From positions 10,354,001-10,418,000 of the forward strand of contig NC_043024.1 of assembly GCF_006345805.1 (NCBI RefSeq): a stretch of 64,000 nucleotides of DNA, in the 5' to 3' direction. The notes below the pieces were generated by a model. It was not told the origin of the DNA and did no database searches. It was given only the letters and a program-made list of their open reading frames with translations. The first letter of the stretch is position 1. Each line of letters opens with the position of its first letter. Made by a program: the position numbers and the translations under genes. Origin of the DNA: Octopus sinensis (Eukaryota). Below are positions 37,111-50,945 of the stretch, piece after piece.

Positions 37111-37596
37111 ATATATATATAGGTTCACCCTGGTTGACATTTCTACTTGTACAAGTTGCTGTGCAGTGGGATTGAACCTGAAGCCACGTGGTTGCAAAGT
37201 GTGCTTCATAACCACAGCCTATTCACCCCACCACACACACTTCAACACCTATCACACTTATATACGGCAAGTAGTTGTCCTCTTCAGAAACAGAGGAAGA
37301 TGAGGTGGGAGGGTGCTCATTCTCTGATGAGTGATTAATAAGACTGGAACATGACATAGTAATCTTTATTTTTCTGTATGCAAAGATAATAACCCTATGT
37401 ACATATCTAACTTCTGCTGACTCTTTTGCCACAACTTTCTCTCACTCTTTCCTCCTGCATCTAGCTGCTCACCTGCGACGGACCAGCGTCCTATCCAGGT
37501 AGGGAACCTATACGTCAAGGAAAGCAGGAAACTGGCCCTACGAGCCAGGCATGGCTTGATAAGGAACAAACAACAACAACAATATGTGTGTGTGTG

Positions 37597-37903
37597 TGTG
37601 GAGGCACACAGCCTAGTGGTTAGAGCAGCGGACTCGCGGTCGAGGGATTGCGGGTTTGAATCTCAGACCGGGCGATGTGTGTGTTTATGAGCGAAAACAC
37701 CTAAGCTCCATGTGGCTCCGTCAGAAGGTAATGGCGAACTTCTTCTGACTCTTTCGCCACAACTTTCTCTCACTCTTTCCTCCTGCATCTTGTAGCTCAC
37801 CTGCGAAGGACCAGCATCCCATCCAGGTGGGGAGGTTATATGCCAAGGAAACCGGGAAACCGGTCCTTATGAACCAGGCATGGCTCGAGAAGGAACGAAC
37901 AAC
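37597..37903 (+). mobile_element. SINE family C
   Basis: Full-length match; extra 3' part at 37405-37570. Confidence 0.85.
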
Positions 37904-38271
37904 AACATGGTGCGCATAAAAAGCACCCTGTACACTCCGTAAAGTGGTTGGCATTAGGGAAACCATCCAACCATAGAACCTATGCTAAAGCAGACAATGA
38001 AGCCAGGCAAAATGCTTAGCAGCATTTCATCCATTTTTATGTTCCGAGTTCAAATCCTGCTGAGGTCGACTTTGCCTTTCGTCCTTTCAGGGTCAGTGTA
38101 ATTGACTTAACCTGCCTTACCAACTCCAATGAAGCTAAAGGGTGATACTGAAACATTCAGCTGCCAAACCGTCCAACCCCTGAAGGGGCCCATTAAATGA
38201 TTGATGATCTGGATATAATCTCCTCCAAGATTTCAGCCCCTTGTATCTATGTTGTTTGTGCATTGTGTTAT

Positions 38272-38692
38272 TACTCTTTTGCTTCTTTCAGTCATTTGAC
38301 TGCGGCCATGCTGGAGCACTGCCTTTTAGTCGAGCAAATCGATCCCGGGACTTATTCTTTGTAAGCCCAGTACTTATTCTATCAGACCGTTTTGCCAAAC
38401 CGCTAAGTGACGGGGACGTAAACACACCAGCATCGGTTGTCAAGCGATGCTAGGAGAACAAACACAGACACACAATCATACACGCACACACACACACTAT
38501 ATATATATATATATATATATACATATATACGACAGGCTTCTTACAGTTTCTGTCTACCAAATCCACTCACAAGGCATTGGTCGGCTCGAGGCTATGGTAG
38601 AAGACACTTACCCAAGATACGATGCAGTGGGACTGAACCTGGATCCATGTGGTTGGTAAGCAAGCTACTTACCACACAGCCACTCCTGCGCC
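38272..38692 (-). mobile_element. SINE family A
   Basis: Full-length match. Confidence 0.88.
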
Positions 38693-38970
38693 TATTAGTA
38701 CTCGATTTTTGTACTTTGAGTTCAAATCCTTCTGTGATGGACTTTACCTTTAGGGTTGGTAGTCCAGCAGTGCAGTATCAGTGTAGCCCCTTCTCCCTCA
38801 AGCTTTTACATCCTGAAAACTGGTCAGCTGCACCAGGTTCCAATCCGATTTTCTCAAGCATAGTACAATGCCAAAGTCTGGAAATAAACAACCCCCCTTC
38901 TATGATGGTGATGCTCATTTACAACCATCACATGATGTCAGCCCCAGAGCACACACATACACACACACAT

Positions 38971-39810
38971 AGTTAATTTAATTTTTTGGCTCAAAAAGCA
39001 AAAAGCAAGGCCATGTAGGGGGACATGGAGTTATGTACAGGGAGGGTGTTCATGCAAAGAGTTCAGGCCATTTGTGGTCAAGAGAGACTTTGAACCGAGC
39101 GGTCGTTGGCATCTTCACTATCTCGTCCGGCAGCTTATTCCACGGATCCGCAACCTGGACGGAGAAAGCCCCTCTCCTTCGATTGAGATGAAATCGTCAC
39201 AGATAGAGCTTTTCGGAGTGACTCCGCAGCCTACGCTCTGTAGCAGGAGTGAAGAACAGCTCTTTCGAGAGGTTACACTTTCTGCTTATGATGCTGTGGG
39301 CGAGAATGAGATCACTATGGCGTCATTGTTTTTCTAGAGAATAAAGGTTGAGCGTCTTCAGCCTTTCTTTATAAGACAAATGCTTGAGACCAAGAACCAT
39401 GCGGGTAGCCATCTTCTGGACTCTTTCAAAATGATGTATGTCTTTGAGGAGATAATGAGAAGAGGCTTGAATCCCGTACTCCAATATGGGTCTCACCAGT
39501 GTGACATAGAGCGGTAGGAATATGGCTGCTGGAATAAAGGCGGCGAGCTGGCAGAAACGTTAGCATGCTGGGCGAAGTGCTTAGCAGTATTTCGTCTGTC
39601 GTTACGTTCTGGGTTCAAACACCGCCGAGGTCGACTTTGCCTTTCATCCTTTCGGGGTTGATAAATTAAGTACCAGTTACACACTGGGGTCGATGTAATC
39701 GACTTAATACCTATGTCTGTCCTTGTTTGTCCCCTCTGTGTTTAGCCCTTTGTGGGTAATAAAGAAATAGGTAGGAATATGGCTGCTGTGAACATAGTTA
39801 GGTGACAAGT
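38971..39810 (-). mobile_element. CR1/L2-clade LINE 3' fragment (ORF2 C-terminus + 3'UTR), stop-disrupted
   Basis: Translates LYVTLVRPILEY...FERVQKMATRMV.GLKHLSYKERLKTLNLYSLE...AFSVQVADPWNKLP, typical of CR1 ORF2. Confidence 0.85.
39532..39769 (+). mobile_element. SINE family B monomer with 19-bp TSD, inserted in a CR1 LINE
   Basis: GGTAGGAATATGGCTGCTG at 39513-39531 and 39770-39788. Confidence 0.9.
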
Positions 39811-40114
39811 CTCTTAACCACACGGCCACATCTGTGGCTTTGTGTCTATATCCGTGAGCAATGATAGGATGAGTGTGACTCAAGTGTTTTTCATCACATA
39901 GGTTGGTACAATCAGGATTTAAATGTGACAAAACAAATATCACGACAACCCCCCCTCTCTTTCTCTCTCTCTCTCTTCCTCTCTCTCTCTTTCCCCTTCT
40001 CTTTTCCTCTCTCTCTCTCTCTCTCTCTCTAAACTAGACAATGCTTCTGATATCTGGCCACTCTACCAGTTCACTTGTGTTCCGTTCTTTGTATTCTATT
40101 CTTTTAATTTATTT

Positions 40115-40640
40115 TTTTACTTGTTTCAGTCATTTGACTGCGACCACACTGGAGCATTTGCCTTCAAGGCTTTTTTAGTCAAAGCATTTGACCCCAGGAC
40201 TTATTCCTCATAAGCCTAATACTTATTCTATTGGTGTCTTTTGCCTAACTGCTAAGTTACAGGGACGTAAACACACCAACATCGGTTGTCAAGCAATAGT
40301 GGAGGGACAAACACAGACACAAACACATGTACATAAATATATATACACACACACACACAACAGGCTTCTTTCTGTTTCCATCTACCAAATTCACTCACAA
40401 GGCTTTGGTCATCCCAAGGACTGAACCCAGAACCATGCAGTTGGGAAGCAAGCTTCTTACCACACAGCCACACCTGCACCTATATATATATATATATAGA
40501 TATATATATATATACACACACACACACATATATAGGCGTAGGAGTGGCTGTGTGGTAAGTAGCTTGCTTATGAACTGCATGGTTCTGGGTTCAGTCCTTG
40601 GGATGACCAAAGCCTTGTGAGTGAATCCCGTTGTATATAT
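40115..40640. mobile_element. Head-to-head family A SINE pair sharing an internal deletion
   Basis: - copy 40115-40480, + copy 40533-40640. Confidence 0.85.
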
Positions 40641-40679
40641 GTGTATATATATATATATATATGAGTTTGTTTATACTCA

Positions 40680-41055
40680 TTGCCGAGGGTCAGGGGCCTC
40701 AGGTGCACCCACCACTCCACCAGGTTCCTCCCCATCTGGTCCTTGATCTCATTTCCTTCATTGTCATTGCTTGCAACCATCTACTCAGTCTCCGCATGGA
40801 TGTGAGATGTAGATGCAAAGGTTCTCCTCTCAGATAAAGTGATCAAAATACTGCAGTTTGTCATCACCTGGCCATCCTCTCCAACATTCTTTCCACTGCA
40901 TCTCCTCAAAGAATGAATCATTTGTACCCAGAGCCACCACCCAGTTTATCTGCAGTGGTTGTCTGTAGCACATTGTCTTCAAACACTCTCAGCTGCATTC
41001 TGTCGGCTAGACTTATACTCATGCTTCTCGTTGATACAATGCTACTGGCCAATCT
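40680..41055 (-). mobile_element. Degenerate RTE-like LINE fragment
   Basis: KLQYFDHF (cf. KLQYFGH) and downstream RTE-like remnants. Confidence 0.35.
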
Positions 41056-41063
41056 AGGCTTAA

Positions 41064-41285
41064 CCCTTTCGATACCAACCTGCCTGAAACTGCCTCTGGC
41101 TCTGTAGTACAAATGTCTTGTTTTCATAAGTTCTGAATTAAAATCTTCCACCAAACCTTAGTCACAATTTATGTTCCTAACCTTAGCTGAATGATAACCA
41201 AGTTATTTTACTAAATTCTTTGTTATATTTAAAATTAATTGAAAGAATCACAGAGCATCTCAACAGAAATATGGTGACAATAGGG
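41064..41285. mobile_element. piggyBac-like MITE, TTAA TSD
   Basis: TTAA-CCC...GGG-TTAA. Confidence 0.8.
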
Positions 41286-41600
41286 TTAAGTAGAAGTTTC
41301 AACTTGATGCTCTTCTCAAGTGGACAGTCTCTCCATCCATCCATCCATGGATAGTTTTGATTTTTCATCTCTTGTTTCAGTCATTAGACTGTGGCCATGC
41401 TGGGGCACTACCTTGAAGAATTTTTGTTGAACTTACTGATCCAAGTACTTTTTGGTAAAGCCTGGTACTTATTCGATCAGTCTCTTTTACCAAGCCTACC
41501 ACATTATGGTCCCCAGTTTGCTATTCTGCTTGCATGGACCCTCTTTGATTGCTATTTAATTCTGGTGGACCTGCATAGCCATTCAATGTCTAAAAACTAG

Positions 41601-41873
41601 TCTATTATATAAAATCCGTTCTGTCTGTCTGTGTGTCTTCTAGGATCTTGGGCATCCTCCATCCGATTGCACTCAAGTTTGATACATAGATACCAATGGT
41701 ATCAGGGCGTGTATAAGTCTTGAAAAAATTACAAAAATGGATTCCAGCTGAGAATGGGATTGATAAAGCCGTGGAACGTGCATTTGTACACGCAAGTACA
41801 TCAGCTGTGGCGATCGATACTACGCATACATGAGTAAAAATGCATGTGCAGTTTGTGCAAAAAAGCCGGCTGG
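41601..41873 (+). mobile_element. Helitron-like 5' fragment (second family); copy at 48071-48334
   Basis: TCTATTATATAAAATCCG start followed by (GTCT)n; two similar copies. Confidence 0.5.
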
Positions 41874-41916
41874 CTTGATGACTGAAACAAGTAAAAGAAA
41901 AAAAAAATATATATAT

Positions 41917-42325
41917 ATAGGCGCAGGAGTGGCTGTGTGGTAAGTAGCTTGCTAACCAACCACATGGTTCCAGGTTCAGTCCCACTGCGTGGCATCTTGG
42001 GCAAGTGTCTTCTACTATAGCCCCGGGCCGACCAATGCCTTGTGAGTGGATTTGGTAGACGGAAACTGGAAGAAGCCTGTCGTATATATGTATATACATA
42101 TATATGTGTGTTTGTGTGTGTGTGTTTGTCCCCCTAGCATTGCTTGACAACCGATGCTGGTGTGTTTACGTCCCCGTCACTTAGCGGTTCGGCAAAAGAG
42201 ACCGATAGAATAAGTACTGAGCTTACAAAGAATAAGTCCTGGGGTCGATTTGCTCGACTAAAGGCGGTGCTCCAGCATGGCTGCAGTCAAATGACTGAAA
42301 CAAGTAAAAGAGTAAAAAGAGTAAA
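41917..42325 (+). mobile_element. SINE family A
   Basis: Full-length match. Confidence 0.9.
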
Positions 42326-42679
42326 GAGTATATATATATATATATATATAGTAAAGTTTATTTGCCAGTTTTAGCCCCAGGAAAATATCTTTTCCAGCTG
42401 GCTATGGACACACACTTTGTGTTCCCATAGTATTAGCAAGAGAGGCCATTGCTCCCATCTTTAGCCCTTGTGGTACTCACAGACCTAGGTTTCTGGGTTC
42501 TTTCCTATCCTTGATGCGAGATAATCACAGGCTGGTGATGAGGGTTTTCTCAGGGTGCTTATGCTATATACTTTTTAAGCAACACACAGACACTGATCTC
42601 ATAAAGAGAAAAACAGTTAGTTTTTAATCTCTGAGTGAGACACTGAATAATAAAGTTTATTTGCCAACAGAATGTGATA

Positions 42680-42711
<32 letters not shown>

Positions 42712-42715
<4 letters not shown>

Positions 42716-43312
42716 TCATCATTTAACGTCCGCCTTCCATGCTAGCATGGGTTGGATGATTTGACTGAGGTCTGGCGAACCAGATGGCTGCACCAGGCTC
42801 CATTCTGATCTGGCAGAGTTTCTACAGCTGGATGCCCTTCCTAATGCCAACCACTCTGAGAGTGTAGTGAGTGCTTTTACGTGCCACCGGCACGAGGGCC
42901 AGTCTGGCGGTACTGGCAGCGACCATGCTCGAAATGGTGTTTTTTACGTGCCACCTGCACAGGAGTCAGTCCAGTGGCACTGGCAATGACCTCACTTGAA
43001 TGCTCTGTTCACGTGCCACCGGCACAAGTGCCAGTAAGGCGACACAGGTAACGATAACCCTCAAATGGTACTTTTTATGTGCCACTGGCACGGAAGCCAG
43101 ACAGCTGCTCTGGCAGTGATCCCGCTCGGATAGAGCTGTTAGCGTTCCACTGGCACAGGTGCCAGTCATCGAATTTGGTTCAATTTTGATTTCACTTGCC
43201 CAACAGGTCTTCGCATGCAGAGTTTAGTGTCCAATCAAGGGAGGTTGGCATGGGTGCAGTCTTCGAATTTGGTTAGATTTCAAACACATACATACAGGGG
43301 CATTATAATATA

Positions 43313-43354
<42 letters not shown>

Positions 43355-44010
43355 TATATATATATTACGTAAAAAGCACCCACTGCACTCACGGAGTGGT
43401 TGGCGTTAGGAAGGGCATCCAGCCGTAGAAACACTGCCAGATTTGACTGGGCCTGATGAAGCCTTCTGGCTTCACAGACCCAGTAGAACCATCCAACCCA
43501 TGCTAGCATGGAAAACGGACACTAACGATGATGATGATATATATATATATATGTATCCTTGTGGTACCAGTGCCGGTGGCACACAAGAAAATCATCCGAA
43601 CGTGCCGTAGCCAGTACCGCATAGACTGGCCTCCGTGCTTTGGGACGTAACAACACCATCCGATCGTGGCCGTCCCCAGCCTCATCTGGCACCTGTTGTC
43701 GGTGGCACATAAAAACACCATCCGAGCGTGGCCGTCTGCCAGCCTCGTCTGGCACCTGTGTCGGTGGCACATAAAAACACCATCCGAGCGTGGCCGTTCG
43801 CCAGCCTCGTCTGGCACCTGTGGTCGGTGGCACATAAAATCACCCACTACACTCTCGGAGTGGTTGGCATTAGGAAGGGCATCCAGCTGTAGAAACACTG
43901 CCAGATCTGACTGGCCTGGTGCAGCCTTCGGGCTCCCCAGACCCCAGTTGAACCGTCCAACCCATGCTAGCATGGAAAACGGACGCTAAATGATGATGAT
44001 GATGATGATG
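42712..44010. mobile_element. Three RTE-tail/VNTR repeats, first inverted relative to the other two
   Basis: (CAT)n end at 42712; (GAT)n ends at about 43535 and 44010. Confidence 0.75.
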
Positions 44011-44051
44011 ATATATGCAGGGGGATTACTGTATATATATATATATATATG

Positions 44052-44102
<51 letters not shown>

Positions 44103-44654
44103 TACATATATATTTATATTTATGTATGTCTATATACTCCTTGTTTAAAAATAACTTTGTACGCTACCAAAGCATAGAGTAACCCATGACATTAATGTAA
44201 AATTATTTTTTTTATGACTAAACACAAAAACAAACCTTAACACACACATATATACATACTCAACACACATACATGTATGTATATTTATATAAATATATAT
44301 ACTGTTTTTTTTTCTATATATATATAATATATGACTGACACACATTAACACAATACGCATGACATTAAAATCAAATTTAATTTTATAAATTAATTATATT
44401 CTTGACATCAAAACCCATTTAGTGCATATAGAGTGGCTTCTAGCACACAACTAACTTTTCAAATATCAACAGCACACACACAGTATATATACACACACAC
44501 ACAGTATATATATACCACACACACAGAGTATATATAAACACAAGTTGTGACTATCCTGTGCACAACACACCCATTTATTAAAAAAATACTTTCAGGATGA
44601 TGAGAGCAGTTAGCTTTATTAAGTGTTAGTCCACTAATCTCTCACTCTCATTTT

Positions 44655-45045
44655 TCACACACACACACACACACACTTCCCTGCCTCTTTGATTATCTTC
44701 CTCTTCGCTCTCCTCCCCCCCCTTCTTTCCCCATCTCTCTCTCTCTCTATTTCTCCATCATCTCTCTTTTTTTTTTTCTCTCTCTCTCTCTTATCTCTCT
44801 CCTCCCCACTCCTCCCTGTCTCTTCTGACTTCTGCTTCTCCGGCTCCTCTCTCATTCTCCCCCCCCCTATCTTCCCATCTTGTTTCTTCTCCCCGCCTTC
44901 TCTTTTGCCTCTCATCTCCTCCCCATCTCTTATGCCTCTCCCTACTCTCTCCTTTTAGTACTTTGTTACAAAGCTACCACTTGTGTTCTGAAGCATGTGT
45001 GGTATGTATATGTGTGTGTATATATATAATAATATATATACATAA

Positions 45046-45077
<32 letters not shown>

Positions 45078-45230
45078 AATCTTTATATATAGATATATAT
45101 ATATAAATCTCTCTCTCTCTCTCCTCTTCTCTCGCTCTCTCTCTCTCTCTCTCTCTATATATAATATATATATATATATATAATATATAGATATATATAT
45201 ATATATATTGTGTGTGTTTGTGCATTTATA
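44655..45230 (+). repeat. Pyrimidine-rich tract and (CT)n/(TA)n microsatellites
   Basis: Direct inspection. Confidence 0.85.
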
Positions 45231-45831
45231 CATACACACACTGCGTAGAGAGAAAAGTGTGTCAGCCTTGAGATGTGTAGAGTTTGTTAGCTCATCATAC
45301 AGACACGTATATCTATCACATTTAACTGCATTGATCTCATTTATTTCTGAGAGCCTGTGAAGGCCTCGGGCACTGCTCCTAAACCAAACCAATAAAAAAA
45401 ATAAACTTGAGTGGGTGTATATATATGTGTTTGTGTGTGTGTGTGTTATATACAAGAGTTAAGGAAAGTGGTAGATAAGATCCGGGCTACGTATGTTTGA
45501 GGTGACCAGGGTTGCATGCCCGGCAGTCTGGGTCGCCTACCATGAAATATGGAAAGAACTTTTTTCAGTTTATTGTACTTTGATATGAAAAAAAATATCC
45601 ACACCCTTCCGTCTCGATAAACCACTATTGTCCCTGAAAATTGTTTTTTTATATTTACTACGGATTGCTTGAACCTAACTTTCTTCCTACACCTTGATCC
45701 CTAGATCTTTATATATATAGCTATCTATGTCTATATAAATATATATATATAATTTTAATCCAAACGGGAAACAAAAAAACAACAACAATGAACAATTACA
45801 GTATTATTATTAATAGGCGCTCAGGAAATGG

Positions 45832-45931
45832 NNNNNNNNNNNNNNNNNNNNNNNNNNNNNNNNNNNNNNNNNNNNNNNNNNNNNNNNNNNNNNNNNNNNN
45901 NNNNNNNNNNNNNNNNNNNNNNNNNNNNNNN
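45832..45931. other. Assembly gap (100 N; true size unknown)
   Basis: Run of exactly 100 N. Confidence 0.99.
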
Positions 45932-46122
45932 TTCTGCCAATGGAATTCCTATTTTTTTCCTGAAGAGAAAGCCACAATATGGTATCCTTATTTAATCAGA
46001 ATTTGGAAAATTGTGGCTTTTGAAACATGTGTAGAATGCAATAAAAGGAATTCTGTTCAATCTTCGTTCAACTCCATTTCTTCAATTCACTAATAAAATT
46101 ATATATATATATATATATATAT

Positions 46123-46401
46123 GTGGAGGCGCAATGGCCCAGTGGTTAGGGCAGCGGACTCGCGGTCGCAGGATCGCGGTTTCGGTACCCAAACCGGGCG
46201 CTGTGAGTGTTTATTGAGCGAAAACACTTAAAAGCTTCACGACGCTCCGGCAGGGGGTGGTGATCCCTGCTGTACTCTTTCACCACTCTTTCTTCTGTAG
46301 GCCTGCTCGCTTAGCCAGCAGGGTGGTGTCATTCAAAAGCTAAAACAATGTGAACGCATTGTGACCAGCGATGTGTAACAACATCTGATGGTCTGGTCGG
46401 T

Positions 46402-46408
<7 letters not shown>
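46123..46408 (+). mobile_element. SINE family D
   Basis: Full-length, flanked by (TA)n. Confidence 0.85.
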
Positions 46409-46433
<25 letters not shown>

Positions 46434-46508
46434 TCCTGGATCTTATATATATCTATCTATATCTTTATATATATATATATATCTATCTATATCTTTATAT
46501 ATATATAA

Positions 46509-46552
<44 letters not shown>

Positions 46553-46783
46553 ATATATATATATATAATATATATATATATATATAAGATATAAAGCACA
46601 GCTGTGTGGTAAGATGACATGCTTTCCAACCACATGTTTCCAGCTCAATCCCACTGCATGGCACCTTGGGCAAGTGTCTCCTACTATAGCTTCAGATCAA
46701 CCAAAGCCCAGTGTATGGCTTTGGTAGACAGAAACTGAAAGAAGCCCATTATTATATAAATACCATCATCAATATATATATTA

Positions 46784-46823
<40 letters not shown>

Positions 46824-49139
46824 TCCTGTGCAGGTGGTAGTAAAACACACATATATACATATCATCATTATACTTGGGTTTACGAGTAAAGATTTATAGG
46901 GGGGAATGTCCAAGTTTGCTGCAGGCTTGCTGCTGTTGTTGTTGTTGTTGTTGTTAAGCAACAAGACGGGTAAGGGTGATTAGGTGATGGTCTAGGGCTT
47001 AGGGGCGGAAGACCCCAGACCTTGGGGGAAAAAAAAAACTTTGGCCGTCTCTTGTAGTTGAGGGCTCTTCGTTGACGCCCGGCACCACTGGAAGGTGTCC
47101 CTCGAAGTTGCTGGAAATGGAGATCTCCAGGTCCAAATTCTCGGACGGCTGCTGCTGCTTGATGAGTCTGATTTGGGATAAACAGGTATCAATCATGCAT
47201 TATGTTGTAGCTTCGAGATTTCAATAATGCCATTTATTTATTTTTCGAATAACATTGTAGGTTAGGTGTGAGAAGTCAGCTCTGGTGGGAAAGAATAACT
47301 GAGTTGGATATGATTGGTTTAAATGCTAAAGGTTTAACATTCATGTTTCATGCTGGCATGGGTTAGATGGGTTGACAGGATCTGAAGGGCCCCAGGACTG
47401 CGTTGTGCTCCAGTGTCTGCCTTTGTATGGGTCTTGTGCCTGGATGAATGCCCTTCCTGATGCTAACCCTTGTACATGTGTACTCTGGATGTGACAACAC
47501 TTCGACCCCCATGCCAACATAGGACCCTGCATATGGTGATCATATTGATGATGGTATATTTGGTTGGTGCAGTTTATCATCATCACCCTCAGGAAGATGA
47601 AAGGCATATTGAATAATAAAATCAGTAGAGCATCCGTCAAAATATTATTCAAGCAACTTATGCCATTTTGTACTTGGGGTTTGGGTTCAATCCCCACCAA
47701 GTTCAATATGCCTTTCGTCTTCCTGAGGGTGATGATATAAGTACAAGAGTGATCCAACTGATTATACATTGGAAGACAATGCTTACCGAATGGAATCAAA
47801 GAATATGAGGAAATTAAAATGTAAATGAGGGATGATGAGTGTAGGTGTCTGAAACTATATATCATCATCGTTTAGTGTCCGCTTTCCATGCTAGCATGGG
47901 TTGGATGGTTCAACTGAGGTCTGGGAAGCCAGAAGGCTGCACCAGGCCCAGTCTGATCTGGCCGTGTTTCTACAGCTGGATGCCCTTCCTAATGCCAACC
48001 ACTCCGTGAGTGTAGTGGGTGCTTTTACATGCCAGACGAGGCTGGCAAACGGCCACGATCGGATGGTGCTCCGTTCTGTCTGTCTGTGTGTGTATGTCTT
48101 CTAGGATCTCGGGCATCCTCCATCCGATTGCGCCCAAATTTGATATATAGATACTGACGGTATCAGGGCATGTATAAGTCTTGAAGAAATTACAAAACTC
48201 GATTCCAGGTGAGAATGCTATTGATAAAGCCGTGGGAACGTGCATTTGTATGCACAAGTATATCAGCTGTTACGATCGATACTATGCGTACGCGAGAAAA
48301 ATGCACGTGCAGTTTGCGCAAAAAAGCCGGCTGGTTTGAAATAATGCCACAAAATGCAGTATATTTAAGAGACCAAAAAAGTAAGATGCAAAAGAGATAT
48401 TTTCTCCAAACTTGGCATGAAGGAAGGAAAGACTATTTGGTTTCTCAAGAAGTTTTTTTTTTTGCCTTAACTTCGTTTAACAAAACCAAAAATTTTATTG
48501 AAATAAAGGTATACTTAATTATTTTTTAATGAAAAGAAAACACTGATTGCTTTTTATTCAGCAGATATGATTTAGCACTGTCCATTGGAGGGGGGCATTT
48601 TGCTCGTATATATATCATCATCATCATCGTTTAGCGTCCGTTTTCCATGCTACCATGGGTTGGACGGTTCAACTGGGGTCTGTGAAGCTGGAAGGCTTCA
48701 TCAGGCCCAGTCAGATCTGGCAGTGTTTCTACGGCTGGATGAGGTGCTGAAATGTTCCTGGTGAAAGGCCCAACCTTCTGAGTTCTTTTACAGGGGTTAG
48801 AAAATCTGAGGGACCGCTGCAATAAGGTGTGAATGTGAGAGGGGAATATATTGAATAAAATCATAATTAACTGATCCCCCTGTTTCTTCTTTTATCCAAA
48901 GCCAGGAACTTTTCAGCACCCCCCCTCGTATATGTATATATAAAGCATAGATACATGGAGACATGTAATGATATGCTGGAAGTACATTGAGTACTTTCTG
49001 TACATTCTATTGTAAAAAGAATACGTGTGTGTTGGTGTGTGTGTGTGTGTGTGTGTAGCATTGCCTTCCTCCCCACAAATTGTAAGCAGATGGGAAAACC
49101 ACAAGACTAGGTTGCTAAGAATTCTAGAGCTTACACATG

Positions 49140-49261
49140 CTCACAGACTCTCTCTCTCTCTTTCTCTGTCACACACACACTCTCTCACATGCACACTCTC
49201 TCTTACACACACCACACTGTCTCTCACACACATACACACACTCTCTCTCTCTCCTCTCTCT

Positions 49262-49307
<46 letters not shown>

Positions 49308-49700
49308 ACACACTCTCTCTCTCTCTCTCTGTCACACACACACTCTCACACACATGCTCTCTCTCTCATACACACACTCTCACACACATGCTCTCTCTCT
49401 CTCACACACACACACTCTCTCTCTCACACACACACACACTCTCTCTCACACACATGCTCTCTCTCTCTCACACACACACACACTCTCTTTCACACACACA
49501 CATGCTCTCTCTCACATACACACTCTCTCACACACACAGGCTCTCTCTCTCTCACACACACACTCTCTCACACACACTAACATACACACTCTCTCTCTCA
49601 CATACACACTCTCTCCCAAATGCACACACACTCTCACATAAACACTCTCTCACATGCTGTCACACTCCATCTCACTCCCTCACACACACAGACTGTCACC
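49140..49700 (+). repeat. Compound (CT)n/(CA)n microsatellite
   Basis: Direct inspection. Confidence 0.95.
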
Positions 49701-49914
49701 CTCCAAAGCGTTCCCATGCCCACACATTCTCTCACCACATGGATCACATGTGTCTGTGTGTCTTCAGGAAGTCATTAGTCATACAGAATATAAGAGTGCA
49801 AAGAATTGAGAAATTCTAACATTACCCCCTAAAAAAACACACACAAGAACCCCCCCCCCCCCCCCAGATATTTAAATAACAGTTAATGAAATCTAAAATC
49901 ATTTTATGAATATG

Positions 49915-50945
49915 TAGGTGTAGGAGTGGCTGTGTGGTAAGTAGCTTGCTTACAAACCACATGCTTCTGTGTTCAGTCCCATTGCGTGGCACCTTGGGCA
50001 AGTGTCTTCTACCATAGCCTCGGGCCGACCAAAGCCTTGTGAGTGGATTTGGTAGACGGAAACTGAAAGAAGCCCGTCATATATATATACATGTGTGTGT
50101 GTATATATATATATACATGGCCACAGCTTGTGAGTTGAAACTAGATAAAATAAAATAAAATAAATAAATATATATATGTATGTGTGTGTGTGTATGTTTG
50201 TGTGTCTATGTTTGTCCCCCCAACCGATGCTGGTGTGTTTACGTCCTGTAACTTCGTGGTTTGGCAAAAGAGACCGATAGAATAAGTACTAGGCTTACAA
50301 AGAATAAGTCCTGGGGTCGACTTGCTCAACTAAAGGTGGTGCTCCAGCATGGCCACAGTCAAATGACTGAAACAAGTAAAAGAATAAAAGAATGTGTAAC
50401 ACACACACACGAGCTGGCAGAATTGTTAGCACGCCAGGCGAAATGCTTAGCAGCATTATGTCTATCTGTATGTTCTGTGTTCAAATCCTGCCAAGGTTGA
50501 CTTTGCCTTTCATCTTTTCAGGGTCGATGAAATAAGTACCAGTTATGCACTGGGGGTAGATGTAATCGACTTGCCCCTACCCCCTCAATTTCAGGCCTAG
50601 AGCCTTTAGTAGAAAAGATTATTTTATCTCTGTATAAAGGTGTCGGGATGTCAGAATTGTTAGCACCTTGGACAAGTGTCTTCTACTATAGCCTCGGGCT
50701 GACCAAAGCCTTGTGAGTGGATTTGGTAGACGGAAACTGAAAGAAGCCCGTCGATATATATATGTGTATGTATGTGTTTGTGTGTCTGTGTTTGTCCCCC
50801 ACCCCAACATCGCTTGACAACCGATGCTGGCAAGAGAGACTGATAGAATAAGTACTAGACTTACAAAGAATAAGTCCTGGGGTTGATTTGCTCAACTAAA
50901 GGCAGTGCTCCAGCATGGCCACAGTCAAATGACTGAAACAAATAA
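49915..50945 (+). mobile_element. Two family A SINEs (49915-50372, 50660-50945) around a degenerate Meta-SINE
   Basis: Consensus match. Confidence 0.75.

Noticed and set aside
44959-45002. Candidate small exon (CCTTTTAG ... GTG|GTATGT)
   Set aside because: No frame resembles ARPC2; splice-like signals arise from the adjacent pyrimidine tract.
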